A DNA stretch of 64,000 nt from Octopus bimaculoides (Eukaryota): NCBI RefSeq assembly GCF_001194135.2, contig NC_068982.1:152063954-152127953 (forward strand), given 5' to 3'. The notes under the pieces were generated by a model. That model did not search any database, was not told where the DNA came from, and saw only the letters and a program-made list of their open reading frames with translations. Of this stretch, positions 26,662 through 39,706 are shown in pieces. The position numbers and the translations under genes are program-made. The first letter of the stretch is position 1. Each line of letters starts with the position of its first letter.

Positions 26662-28494
26662 TTTAATCACCTTATTTTGGAATTGTATGGATAATACCAT
26701 ACTTAATTCTGGTGCCTAAAATTAAATACCATATTCACCTTGAATCTACATACACACACACACACACTTGTATCAAAATGTTTATGCATACACAAGAAAG
26801 ACAGGTCACCCAATATATTCTGCAGATTTTAAATTCATAACAAAGAGTTAATGAGTCACTCTTCCATTATTTAATGTAGCCACTAGTAATGCAGTTCATA
26901 TTTTCAAGTATGGTGAGTTATTGGTTTAAGACAGTCATGTGTTGGTTTTAAGTCCAACCAATAAATAATAATTGAGATTACCCAGACAAGTTGCATATTC
27001 ATTAACAAAGAAGAATACTCTTCATGATGTGTAATCAAAAATTTCTAATATTCTTATTGCTTACCTCAGGATATGCAGCTAACTGTAAATTCTCCTGAAG
27101 AAATATTCATATGTGGTGACAGAACATAACACCTTAGATTTTGTATTATGGGATATCATAGGCTGTCCCAGTAGCTGGATCTTTTCAGAAAAAGAAGTTT
27201 ATAGTCCTATGGTATGTTGGAATAAGGACTAAATCTATGAGGTGACGGTGACTTTAGTTCTTGAGTTTCCAAATAAATTGCGACAGGGAAGTGGAATTTT
27301 TCTTATTCCTAAATGTAAATGACTACAAATAAAATTAGAAACTTGGCAGCCAGTGTGATTAGGAGAGTCCAGTCTATTCTTTAATAAAAAGCAGTTTTAA
27401 CAGAGTAGTCCTGTTTTATAATAAGAAACTATGCAGGAGCACCTTCAATGAGAAGCTAGTTTGTAATCAGAGTTAGGGAGAGGAAATTATTCTGGTTTAA
27501 CACTCTATCCTCATAACCAGGAATTCCTATCTCTTGTAAGGTACCACTTCCTTCCAACATGTAAGTTCTTCAAAGCTTTTGTAGATAGTAAATCAGCAGA
27601 GTATTTAGTGCATCAGACAGAATAGTTCATGGCATTTGTTTTGACTTTGTGTGATCTAATGTAATCAAGGTCAACTTTGCCTTTCATCCATTTAGGGTCA
27701 ACAAAAGAATACCAATCCAAGGTGGTGGATTTGCACAACTATAAGAACTTTGGACCAGATGACTAACAGAATTTATTCTGACTCTTTGTGTCCTGAGTCC
27801 AAATCTCACCATGGTCTACTTGGTTGGTGACCTTAATTTGTCACCTAGTACTAGAATACATTTTGCAGAGTTCACTCTGTTACACATTTAGGTCTAGGAA
27901 CAGGAAAAACTCTACTTCTTTGTCCCAACTTATTTGGAAGCTCAGAGAGACACTCTTGAGCTACTACAACTTGTAATATTCTTGACAAAGATATTCTGTT
28001 CTCTAATAGATCACATGAATTTAGATTTTGCCTATCTGAAAAGTCTCAGATACTGAACAGCCTGTAATATTCCCTAATAGAAAGTGGATATTGCTTCTGG
28101 AGAATTTTCAACCAGCTACATATCCTGTGGTAGTGACACATATTCGGAAAATTCCCAAGTAGAATCTCACAGAATAACCTCCTTTGTCAATGAGGCAAGT
28201 AGTCTTCCTAACATTTTAGTAGTGTGGGCTTAGAACCTACAGCATTGTGAACCACATGGTCTGTGTTGAACAATAATAACTGATCGTACTCACAAAAAAA
28301 CATAAAGAATTGTCTTAGCAGAGATTGTTACATCTTCATCCATTTGAAAAGTGTATGTATATATGTATGTGTATATATATGTGTGTGTTCATGTGTGTGT
28401 GTGTGTGTGTGTGGTAAAGATTATTTGCCAACATAATGTGACAGTCCTGGTTGGAACAAATGTTACTGTTATTTACATACATAAATATACACAT

Positions 28495-28534
<40 letters not shown>

Positions 28535-28763
28535 GTATGTATGTATGTATGTATGTGTATAGGTATGCATGTATGTATGTGTACATGAACAAAGATGCTT
28601 TAGAGACATTCAAAATATTTCTGTCATTTTTCAAATGAATGGAGATGTATATATGTATTTATTCATATTTGTGTGTGTCAGTGTCTTAGTGGATGATTGT
28701 GTGAATGAGTGTCAGTATGTATACGTATGTATCTATGGCTGATTGGATATTTTTATATATGTT

Positions 28764-28823
<60 letters not shown>

Positions 28824-29629
28824 TATTTTCTTGCTTTAAATATATCTTATAGATTGTTGGGTAGCAATGTCTATTGGTTTATGTTCTTTAATTAATCTAT
28901 ATGTTTACAGTTCAAGTTTGATTATTCCTTAGGTTATTATTATTATTTTCCATTTTATGTGTTGAAATACTGGCAACTTGTGTTTTCAGCTATGTTCAAT
29001 AACTTCTGTTCAATGCATTTAGTTCACTAGTTTATTTTAATATTCTATGGCTTTTTACATTCTATAATTTTGGGGATGGCAATGTCCATTTTGATTTTTC
29101 TTTGTTTTCTATATTTTATTTTTGATTTTGTGTTTCATAGCAATACGAATGTAATGATCTATGTTTGAGACTTGATGTTCGTATTTGTGACAATAAGCAG
29201 GTGGAGATATATAATAGATACATTGCTCTAACGTTTTGCTCTGGTTACTTGTCTAATAATTTCTAGGCAGTGTCTTTGTTGTCTGTTTATAATGCTAGAG
29301 AGAATAGTACTGCCCAGCTTTTGAAATTATAACGATATCCGTTAGGCAGCTGATGACAGATGTATATGTTTGATGTCCTTGTTGACTGCAAATCTATTTT
29401 ATCTTGTGTTCTCCTGGTTCTAAGTTGTCCTTCACTGAAATTCTAGCTCTTGTAGGGTTAAACTTGTTTTGGGGTTCTTGGTTTCTTGGTATATGGAGGT
29501 TTTGTTGCATATATATAAATAAAGTGCAATGACAGTTGCTACAAATAGGACCCTATAGAGGAGATGCCTCAGAACTCTACTTCCTTGACCCTCCCAAGAA
29601 TAGTAGATAGAGAAGAAAGATGGATCAAT

Positions 29630-29683
<54 letters not shown>

Positions 29684-29886
29684 CAAGAATATTAATAATA
29701 AAATCAAAAATCAAATCTAATATCAAATCACAATCAAACGGAAATTGTAGTTGTGGATGATGCCAGGGCTGCCTAACTGGCTCTTGTGCTCGTGGCACGC
29801 AATAAGCACCATTCATGTATAGGTCGTTTTCAGTGCAACCTAACTGGCTCTTCGTGGCACATAAAAAGCACCATCTGAAAAATAAT

Positions 29887-29923
<37 letters not shown>

Positions 29924-30224
29924 GACCTGGAAATAGAGGTAACTCGAATGTGGAATTTAAAAACAGAAACAATTCCTATCATAGTAGGTGCCTTAGGTAT
30001 AATAAAAAAATATTCAGACAAATACATAGCAAAAACTCCAGGACTTACAAATATATATCACATACAGAAAATTGCACTACTGGGCACTGCACACATCCTA
30101 CGCAAAACACTTTCAATACAGTAACCATAAGAGCATCACAGCAAACCACAGCACATACCCAAGGCACACAGAGCTGCGCTCGGTAGTGAAGTGAAAGTAC
30201 GTTATAAAAATAAAACTACTGAAC
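29924..30224 (+). mobile_element. 5'-truncated R4/Dong-like LINE 3' end inserted in a (TAA)n tract
   Basis: Unbroken frame DLEIEVTRMWNLKTETIPIIVGALGIIKK...IQKIALLGTAHILRKTLSIQ* (stop 30122-30124), ~100-nt 3' UTR, AAT repeats on both sides. Confidence 0.85.
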
Positions 30225-31509
30225 AATAATAATAATGATAGAAAATTTAGACAAATACGTATAATTAGATTAGTGTGTTTAAATGTTGAGTAGAGCACCG
30301 GATAAGAAATTAAGGTTACTGTTTTAAATCTCTAGCCTCACATAAAGCATGCAGAACCCTACCTGATAGAGTTCATTACTTCTCAGATTATTCACAGTAA
30401 CTTGAAACTCAAAGCTTCAAAACCTTTCTACTGTGAAATAACTTGAATATGGGTAGAAACTTAGATGCAGATTCAGCCTGCACGGGTTATAGTACCAATT
30501 TATTCTGTTTGAACACTCAAGCGCATATAATTGAGTTATAAGTTTCTTGCATGCTTTTATGTGTATTGAATTAACCTAAGAGAATTTTCCAAAAATTGTT
30601 CTTGTTGTTAACTTCTATTTTGTGGGAGATATAATACTTTAAAAGTACAAATATATTAGTCCAACTAAAGCAAAGTGGTTAAAAATAGTGTTTAAATATA
30701 AAATATGTGAAAGGCAGTGACTGACTATTTGTAGAATATGTTGTGCGGTATTTGATCTTCTTTTACATTCTGAGTTGAAATCTCAATCACTTCAATTTTG
30801 TATTTCATCATTATGAGGTTGATAAAATAAGCATCAGCCAAAAACTGATGTTAATTAATTGATTATGCCCTCTCTGAAATTGTGTGACTTAATACCAAAG
30901 TCAGAAAGATAAGTAATAAGTGACTGAGCTAGCTGAATCATTCGCATTTTGAGTTCAAATTCCTCTACAGTCGTCTTTAGCTTTTACTTCTCCAGGGTTG
31001 ATAAGTACCAGTCAACTTTATCCTCCTCTAAAAATATCATCACTCATGGTGCCTATCATTATAATTAGATTAAAAATTTGTGTTCAGTAAGATGTCTTAG
31101 ATAGACACCAAGAGTGGGTGTTCATACCTTTCACTTCATGTTTCTCATATACCTAACTATAGAGGAGTTGTAAGATTTGAGCTAATCCTCCCACTGATAG
31201 CTGGTAATTATTCTATTGGTTTTTGAGGAATGAAAAGCACAAATGATTCAATCAAGATTTGAACTGAGAACCTAGTGGAAGGTAACGAATTATGCAAAAG
31301 CATTTAATCACTCTCTATTCTTTCTGATAATTCACTCTACTCATTAAGAACTGAGCAATTAATATTGATATTCCTATTCTGACTATAAACATTGAATCCT
31401 TTCATTATAGACATGTAAAGACTTATAATGTAATTAAATCATAGAGCCATAACTTTAATTGTAGGAAAATTATTAAATTGAAATCCAAATCCAAAATATA
31501 GATAATGTT

Positions 31510-31960
31510 TATGCTGGTATTCTTTGAGTGATCATTTTTGTCTCCCACATTTTTCCTTTTGTACATTAATGACTTGGCAATCAAACACTGCAGATCTTAT
31601 ACCCTTTCACTTCTTAACTTTCCACACAAAAGTCTTGTTCACATGCAAGTTAGACTTTTCACATCAGACTTGCACTGGTTCTATAAAGGAAGACACTGAA
31701 CAGAGTACATGCTCCAGTGAGAGCATGACAGTCTCATCCAACAACACCAAAACAGTCACTAAGACATATTAATCACAGTTCCCTTCTCTATAGAAAAACA
31801 GCCCAATATTAATGATTTAAAAACTAATTTCGTACAAACACCAAACCTTACAGTACTTGGTGATTGCAACTTAACATATATAGCATTGCTAATGGCATAT
31901 CCATCTTATAGGTTTTCTCTTCAGAGCCAGGAAATACTTCAGCCCTGGTTAGTGTTGGAC
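31510..31960 (+). mobile_element. Degenerate Jockey/CR1-group RT remnant
   Basis: FLLYINDL (~31555-31580) and GFLFRARKYFSP (~31912-31947) in shifted frames; resembles 49528-49800. Confidence 0.55.
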
Positions 31961-32239
31961 CTTCTGCACATACATTTAAAGACCACTGTAGCTGTTAGAA
32001 ATACAAATCCATAAATGTTCATGTAGCTAATTGGCAAAGATTTATATACCAACACACTACAATCACTAGCCCACACGGGCTTTCAAAGTCTCTTCTATCA
32101 CTGCAGGCAAATTTTAGACAGTTAATTCTTTCACTTACCAGAAATAAATAAATAGATAAATAATAATAATAATAATAATCCCTACAGAACAACATCAATA
32201 GGCTAATGTAATCATGGTAGATAAATAAAGCTGTGGTAT

Positions 32240-33000
32240 TTTAGCTTTAATACCTCCTTTAAACTGATAATTTGGGCTGGCAACAATAGAATATAGTTCC
32301 CACTATAACACCTTTCTGTCTGAACAACAAATCTGTGATAATTATCTTCTTGCTAGAGTAAAGGCTTTGGTTTCAGTATTAGAATATAGTCTGGCAGGTG
32401 GGGATGGTCTTTCTTGTCTTAATCTAATTTCTGTAACAATTTATTATTTTGGAAAATTGAATTTTTTCTGAAACGGATTACTATAGAATTGCTATATAGG
32501 TCAGTAAAACCTTTGATGAGAATTACTAACTTTTTTTTCTAAGACTGGCAGATTTACAGTATAATATTTATTTTATATTGTCAATTCAATACTTTATATT
32601 GTTCCTTTCTATTTTGTTGGCAGTGTATCAGAAAATGCAATTTTCAATTGTTTCTATCTATCTAAGAAAAGTACTATTCTTGACATATCTTGTTAATCTC
32701 AATATTTTCAGAATTCCATATATATTTTTTTAATTTTCTTTCTACATTTCTGCTATGTTTCATATTTGTTTGTCTTCTAACAGATGCTTTTAGACTCTGT
32801 TATCATTGTATATCCTTTGTCATTCTTATATATTTTTGGCAAAACTGTATCAATTTAAAAAAAAAACAATCATATTACAAGTTAGACTTTAACCTCTTCA
32901 CCATACCTAAGTTACTTTTTTCTCACTTGTTTTATTTATACTTATCTATTAAACTACTTTTAGATCTCAGTCAGCTCTTTCACCTGTTTCTTTATCTATC
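32240..33000 (-). mobile_element. Possible Penelope-like RT remnant
   Basis: Weak minus-strand motifs (KRAD..KVV, TDLYSN, QKGVIVGT) in the order expected for PLE RT (ADKG / LYTNIP / GTAMG); very decayed. Confidence 0.3.
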
Positions 33001-33825
33001 AGCTTGTGTCTTTTCATATCCCTACATTCACTTCTTGTTATAGGATTAGTATTGGGTCATGTGATATGAAGAACTGGTTAGATATACATATCAAGTATAT
33101 TAGAGGAAAAGAAATAAATTTCAATAAAGTATACTAAGAGAGAAGAGAAATTTCCAATTTTTTACAAGAATTGCATGTTGGATCCAGAAAAGTAAAATCT
33201 GGTTTCATATCCACACTAACTTATATCCAACTTGGGAAACATACAAGGCTAATGAAGTTGACTCCAAAAAGGAAAACCTAGAAGGAAGTTCTCTAGGTAA
33301 TCTGGTTTCTGAAACTTATCTTCAGATGCTTCTCTGACTAATCTTATTGTTAGGTTCACCAAATTTTCACTCCTACAGAACAGAAAAGTAATTAAACTGA
33401 TGAAGAGTAATATTATACAGTGGAAGCTGCTTAAGTCTCTCCTAAATCTAGTCTCGGCTTAAAACCTAAAGAATTCACTTCAGATGTTATGGCTACTTAG
33501 CAGAGTTTTCCATGGATTCTATATTTCCTATTCTCTTTGTTTGTGCCATACATATTTCTGCAAAATAATTTTAAAATATTAGAAAACATACCACTGGAAT
33601 AGCTACAGATAAAGGAAGACTCTGTAAGAGTCTACCTTGAGTGTATAAGAAATCTTAGAGTTCCACTTGTCAACTACTGCTCATCTGAAACTAGGAAACC
33701 TAAGGTGATGATAAATATGGTTTGTTCTGCCACATCTGAAATGTAGTTCCTAGGTCAGTATATCAATCATTCCTTTAAAATATCAAAATCTAGAAACCCA
33801 AGATAGAAAGCTACTTACTTTTATT

Positions 33826-34075
33826 TCTGGAAATCTGAAAATATTGAGATAAATTGCTCCTCTGTTTCTAGAATATCTGAAAATATTAATTACATAAATA
33901 ATTCTTGGGATATCTGATAATATTAATTAGGAAAATAACATTTGGAATATCTAAAATGCTAATTAAATAGATAATTCCTGGAATATCTGAAAATATTGAT
34001 TAGATTCATGATAGCTAGCGCATCTGAAAATATTCACTAGAAAAATAGCTCTTGCCTTCTCTGAAAATACAAATT
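33826..34075. repeat. Degenerate ~37-bp minisatellite, ~7 units
   Basis: Anchor atct(g)aaaatatt recurs at 33833, 33875, 33912, 33949, 33985, 34022 and ~34059. Confidence 0.75.
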
Positions 34076-34149
34076 CAATAAATTTTAAAGGGAAATTTAA
34101 TATTTTAATTAATGAAATTACAAAACAAAATCTTCTGTTGTAATTCCCT

Positions 34150-34290
34150 TCATTTTAGGGTGAATTATAGGAATTGAAACTCCAGCATTTAACTGGTACT
34201 TTATTTTATTGACCTCAGAATGATGAAAGGCAAAGTTGACTTCAAAAGAATTGCATCTCAGAAGTTACAAAGTAACTATTGCAGCCATTT
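34150..34290 (-). mobile_element. SINE family B copy
   Basis: aactggtactttattttattgacctcagaatgatgaaaggcaaagttgac = reverse complement of the family B core. Confidence 0.65.
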
Positions 34291-36449
34291 TATCTGGTGC
34301 TCTTCTAATTCTGCCAATTCACTACCTATTTGTATTTGTACAACTACAGCCTCCCTTTCTGTTACCATTGAAAAGATGAATGAAGTGTCTGATAGATAAA
34401 TGACCAACAGACTAATCTACTGTCGTGTCTCAACAATTCTTCTCAATGTTATATTCTACAATGTTATATTCTACAATTAACTCAGTTGTGAGTTGTGTCA
34501 TTTAGAATAGTCCTCTTTTTTCTATGTCTCTAATTCACCAGCCAGATACAATAATGTCTGGTCACCATATGCTGAAGAGTTTAATACTGGGTTAGACTGA
34601 CAATTTCTCTTTGATATAAAAAGTTCTTTAATGTTAGGTATATGTCTAAAGTTCCTTGGAATGATCCTGTTTCTAAAAACTGAAACCAACCTAGGTTTCA
34701 AAATCAGAATAAGTCTGGGTGACTTTTGGTCTAAACATTAGAATCACTTTATGGAAACAATCTTAACATTGCTCTAAGCATCAGAGGCACATAGTAGCCT
34801 GATTACCACAGAAGGTATTAAAATTTGTGTCTTGCTTTGCTGAAACATGTCTTTGTTTAATATTGATCGGAAGGAGTTATTCTATAAAACCTCAACCTCG
34901 ACATTAAAATATTTCTCTGATCATATCAACTGAGACAACTATCAATGAAGTAATGAAGAAACATGTATGTGGTCTTTCGACGTGCTAGAAATAGCAGTCA
35001 AATCTTCTTCAAATATCTACCAGCTCAAAAAAGGAAGAATATATATTCTGTTAAGTGGTGTTAGACAACTTGTGTCTCAAAAGATGAGAAGTAATGACTT
35101 GAATGCCTTTGATGATAGGTCTGCTTGAACCAGTGCTGAGCGGTTAAGCAACAATAAACACTTATTCTCTAATAATCTTGCTGTTAAGTGCTGTTGAAAG
35201 CCAATTGCATATATGTTGGTGATTTTAAAGATGCTGGTAATGTTTGCTACAATTAATTTTAGATAAAGGCTAAAGTCAGTTTTTGTAAGATTTTGCTCTT
35301 ACAATTAGCAAGATCAAAACAAAATATCTGAAATGAATTTGCAACTTTGAATTACATTCAATATTATATTCCAAAAGCTGATAACAAGTTCACAAACTGA
35401 TGCATATGATTTTTTTGCTAGATTTCATTGGTTTAGATCTGCAATTCACAACTGATGGATCATAAACCAAATTGAATCACAGAGTAATTCTGAAAGGATT
35501 AAGAAGTCAAAATATTTTACATTTGAATATTTGATAAAACTTGAAATTTCATGAATATGTTATGCAATTAACCATAATATACACACTATGGCACTACATT
35601 TAGTGCAAGTAAAATCTGAAGAATATTTCCTCAAGAAAAGTATCAAATGTTAAATCTACCTCATTGGAATATTTATCTTTGGAATTGGTTTATATTAACT
35701 TATTTATATATTAAATTACAAGTCCTAACAAAGTGTGTTAGTGCTTACTTAATTAATATCATAACTAATTAATGAAGTTTATACCTATATGAAGAAGAGG
35801 TAATCATTGAACAATGATCAGTTAAAGCATGGGTAACAATTTGTCACATGGATGATAAAATATTAGATACGTGTATATGCCAATATTGCTACATTGATCA
35901 TCCTTATCTTTGCCATCAGAATTATCTGTCAAAAGAATGTGAAGTGGATATTGATATAAAAATCTAGGTCAAGCCCTTATGTAGAGATTTGTTTAAAACT
36001 GATCTTTTGACTGCTTGAATCAATCAAAAAACAACATTATCATAATAGTAGAAACAGACAGACTTTCTCCTACATCAGCTACTTAATTCTTCAGTCAAAA
36101 ATACTATGAAATCTGTCAGTCTAGAACTAGTCTGTCATATCAGCAAAGAGTATGCAAGTTATAGCATATTGTGTGGGTGTGTGCGCATGCGTGTATGTGT
36201 GTGTGTTTCTATAAATTTTTACTACATATTTCTCTCTCATATCTTATATTTTGTAATTGAAAGGATGACATAGAGAATCTCATTTCTGTTTTAAAATATC
36301 ATTAATTTCTCTGTTGATCTCTTTATTTTTCATTTTTTTTTTCTTTGGAATTTGTGAATAAAGATAACTTACCTATTTCCAAGGCCAAAAAGTTCCTCAA
36401 ACTTGAATTATATCAAATAATTTAATAACTTTCCACTTGTACTCCTAAG

Positions 36450-36480
<31 letters not shown>

Positions 36481-36482
<2 letters not shown>

Positions 36483-36614
36483 TTCAAATTTTTCCACAAG
36501 GTCAGTCATTTTGGGGGAGAGGATGTGTCAATTACATCGACCCCAGTGTTCAACTGGTACTTAATTTATCGATACCAAAAGGATGAAAGGCAAAGTTGAC
36601 CACAATGGAATTTC
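36481..36614 (-). mobile_element. SINE family B 3' part flanked by (TAA)n on both sides
   Basis: attacatcgaccccagtgttcaactggtacttaatttatcgataccaaaaggatgaaaggcaaagttgac, with AAT arrays immediately left and right. Confidence 0.75.
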
Positions 36615-36646
<32 letters not shown>

Positions 36647-36829
36647 GCTCATTGTATAAATTGTTCAAATGCACTGCAACCCATTAGAAAAAAAGTTGAA
36701 AAAATGAAACATAAATCCAAGTAGGCAATGACGACAGTGTAAGCTGGAAATACATGCACAGTACACTGAATAAAATAAAAAGTCAGAAAAATGAGCTGTA
36801 AAAGAGTCATAAAGAAGAAAGTTTGCACA

Positions 36830-37395
36830 GTCAAGTCAGTAGTGCTGGCCCATTTTGAGGAACTATGGCATTTTTGAATGATTCAATATCCTGACAGATA
36901 ACAACTGATGTGGGTAGCTTGAGCATAAAAAAATGTTTCTGAAAGTCATGGATGCCACACTGATTTTTTAAAATTTTATATGTATGTCTACAAGTGGCAG
37001 AGGTATTAGATTCAAAAAATGGCCAAAGTTGTCCAAAGGATAGTGGATAACCTTGTAGGCTTCTAGTCAGCTGCAAAATGTTAAAACTTTAGTGTGATAG
37101 CGTTCAAAGAAGCAATACTTTCAAGATACAGTGACTGACTCAGAGTATTCATCCAGTTGCACATTTCTGGACAGCTTTCAGTAGATTGATATTCTGGACA
37201 AGATGGGGATTCCAGAAAAAGAGATGCAAACTGTAAGTGTGGATGTGCCATAGTCATATATAGCTTTAAATAAGTAATTGATGAATAGCTAACAAAGGTC
37301 TTACTGAGTGATGTTAAGACACCCTCAACCTTTTTGATGATTTTTAGAAATGTGATTTGTCAAAAGCAGAACATTGTTAACAATATTGCCTAGGT
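36830..37395 (-). mobile_element. CR1/L2-group LINE RT C-terminal remnant (host of the Gypsy insertion)
   Basis: Minus strand across frameshifts: DLGNIVN...KIIKKVEGVLTSLSKTFVS...YLKLYMTMAHPHLQFAS..WNPHLVQNINLLKAVQKCAT...HTYKI...HDFQKHFF. Confidence 0.8.
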
Positions 37396-38630
37396 CACTT
37401 TTATATCCTTGTACATTGGATATATGATATAACAAAGCAGGAGGGAAGGAAGTATATACACGACACACTACTATTACGATTACATGAGACTTACACCTCT
37501 CCACCATGGCTCACAGTGAACTGTTTACCAACCTGAACTGCCAATTGTTCACAGTTCTTTGTTGTATGACAATGAGTCGGTCCACCTTTTAGTCATTTGA
37601 GGGTTGGTCAGAATCCTTCCACAACATCTCCCCTTTTTAGAATCAGTCTCCCCTATCAAGAATTGAACTCCGCTCAGTGATTTTGTTCTTTTCTGTTTTC
37701 TGGTGCTAGAATGTGTTGTTTCAAATTGTTTGTGTGTTGGTACATCAAACATGTCGTACAATACTTCCATGGGAATTTCATTTCTCATGACTGTTTTTTC
37801 CATGAATCTTTTTTTAAGTTGGTTAATGTCTTTTATATTTGACATTTTTTCCTTTTACCAGGAATATCATTCTTCCAATCTATTTAATAATTACACCATC
37901 CTCCCAGCTTTCTTTACCATATCTATAAGTTTTTAAAAAAACTTTGTCACCTAACTTGAAGAATTTTGGAGTATTTTTGTTGTTTGCTTTTTTTATTTTT
38001 ACTTGGTATCAGCTTATCAAAGACAGATCTGCCCTTTCTAACAAACATCAATTCTGTGAGTGACATACCCGACGGTATATTCAGATTAGGTGTTACTTGG
38101 TACACTCTTTGAAATTGTTGCAGTGCAAAATTGTTCATCACTTCATTGTTTGCCTTTTACAATGCCTTCTTGAAAGTGTCAAAATGCTCTGCTTGTCCAT
38201 TTGACCTAGGATGATAGAGCAGACTGGTGACATATTAGATGACTAACATTTTACAAAATTTTCTGAACTCATCAGACATAAATTGAGTTTCAATATCAGA
38301 CACAATGGTATCCGGAATACCATACCCAGCAAACAATTCATGTGAAAAACTTATTGTAACCACAGATGTCATCTTTCTTATATTTATGCACTTCTGGCCA
38401 CTTTGAAAAAAACATTCACCACAAGGTAATATGAACCCTTAAGTGGACCTGTGTAATCGACATGCAGTCTGGCCCATGGAACATCTGTTTTTGGCCACGG
38501 TTGCCATTTAGTGGAAGGTACTTTTGCAGCTAAGGCATACTCTCATCGCCACTTTTATATCATTTGTATGTTGGATATATAATATAATGAAACAGAGGCG
38601 AAGGAAGTATATACACGACGCACTACTATT
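37396..38630 (-). mobile_element. Gypsy (Ty3) LTR retrotransposon derivative: LTR-PBS-integrase-PPT-LTR
   Basis: ~80-bp direct repeats at 37396-37475 and 38550-38630; PBS-like tggcgatgag (minus, 38542-38551); integrase ALAAKVPSTKWQPWPKTDVPWARLHVDYTGP...PDTIVSD...HPRSNGQAE...RVYQVTPN...ELMF; PPT ggtggagagg directly before TGTAAG at 37495. Confidence 0.8.
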
Positions 38631-38634
38631 TTAG

Positions 38635-39000
38635 TCACCTGCTTGATATGGTTGGATGATCTGTTGCACTTTCTTCTATTTTCTCCACTTTTGCATAATG
38701 TGAATTCATATTCAGCATCCCATCATTCTTTTTTGGCAAAGCAGACTGCTGTAATCTCTCATATTGCACAATTGGGCTTTCTAATGTTTACATGGTACTG
38801 ACACAGGCTCAGATTGAATAACAGATGTGCTGAAGAATAGTATTGTCATCGCTTGAATCATAAAATGCAAGCCAGTTTGGACATTGTAACACACTACAAT
38901 AAGAATTCCAGTCAGTTTTGTTCCAGTCAAAGTAGGCCATCTGGAGGTAGTGAAAACATTTTTTTTTCTGCTTATAAGAGATATAATGATACACATTGCA
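38635..39000 (-). mobile_element. Probable upstream ORF2 fragment of a LINE (post-endonuclease region)
   Basis: YFDWNKTDWNSYCSVL resembles the W.KADW motif that follows LINE APE domains; assignment to the same element as 36830-37395 is inference. Confidence 0.35.
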
Positions 39001-39534
39001 TATATGTGTTATATATCATTACATTTTAAATATTCTTTGATATGAAATATTAAGGATATTTCATATAATTCATTAATCAATATTTTAGCTTCTGGGCTGT
39101 ATTTAAAATGTACAAACAAACGATGATAAAAATACAAAAGAGCTTGCATTTTTAAGGTTATAAAGCTGATAAAAAATGGCACTGAGGTTGTAGTTTTTAT
39201 ATGCCATAAACTGGTTTCTAATAATTTTTTACTTCAAGTATTGGCCAAGAAACATTGATTTGGCTCCTACCTGTTGGTTATTATTATGTTTATCTTTTTC
39301 TTTGCCTACATATGTTTCCACTCAACATAAATATATTTGGAGAATCTTTGCTCAACAATAAATTACTTGTTTCATATATGGATCATGAAACTGCAAACCA
39401 AAATTGATTCAAGGAAAATAAGTAAATAGTTAATAGGGTTATGTTACATAACATAAGAGATTGTAATTTGTTTGAATTAGGAATTGATATTGATGTTGAA
39501 TATAGAAGTGATGTGGACCAGAAAAATTGTATAG

Positions 39535-39706
39535 CGTTTAGCGTCCGTTTTCCATGCTGACATGGGTTGGATGGTTTGACTGAGGTCTGGAGAGCCAGTG
39601 GCTGCACCAGGCTTCAATCTGATCTGGCAAAGTTTCTACAGCTGGATGCCTTTCCTAATGCCAACCACTCCGAGAGTGTAGTGGGTGCTTTTTATGTGCC
39701 ACAAGC
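39535..39706 (-). mobile_element. RTE family B terminal block
   Basis: gtccgttttccatgctgacatgggttggatgg...ctacagctggatgcctttcctaatgccaaccactccgagagtgtagtgggtgc. Confidence 0.75.

Noticed and set aside
29200-29520. Possible retroelement ORF remnant on the minus strand
   Set aside because: Many stops and no diagnostic motif.
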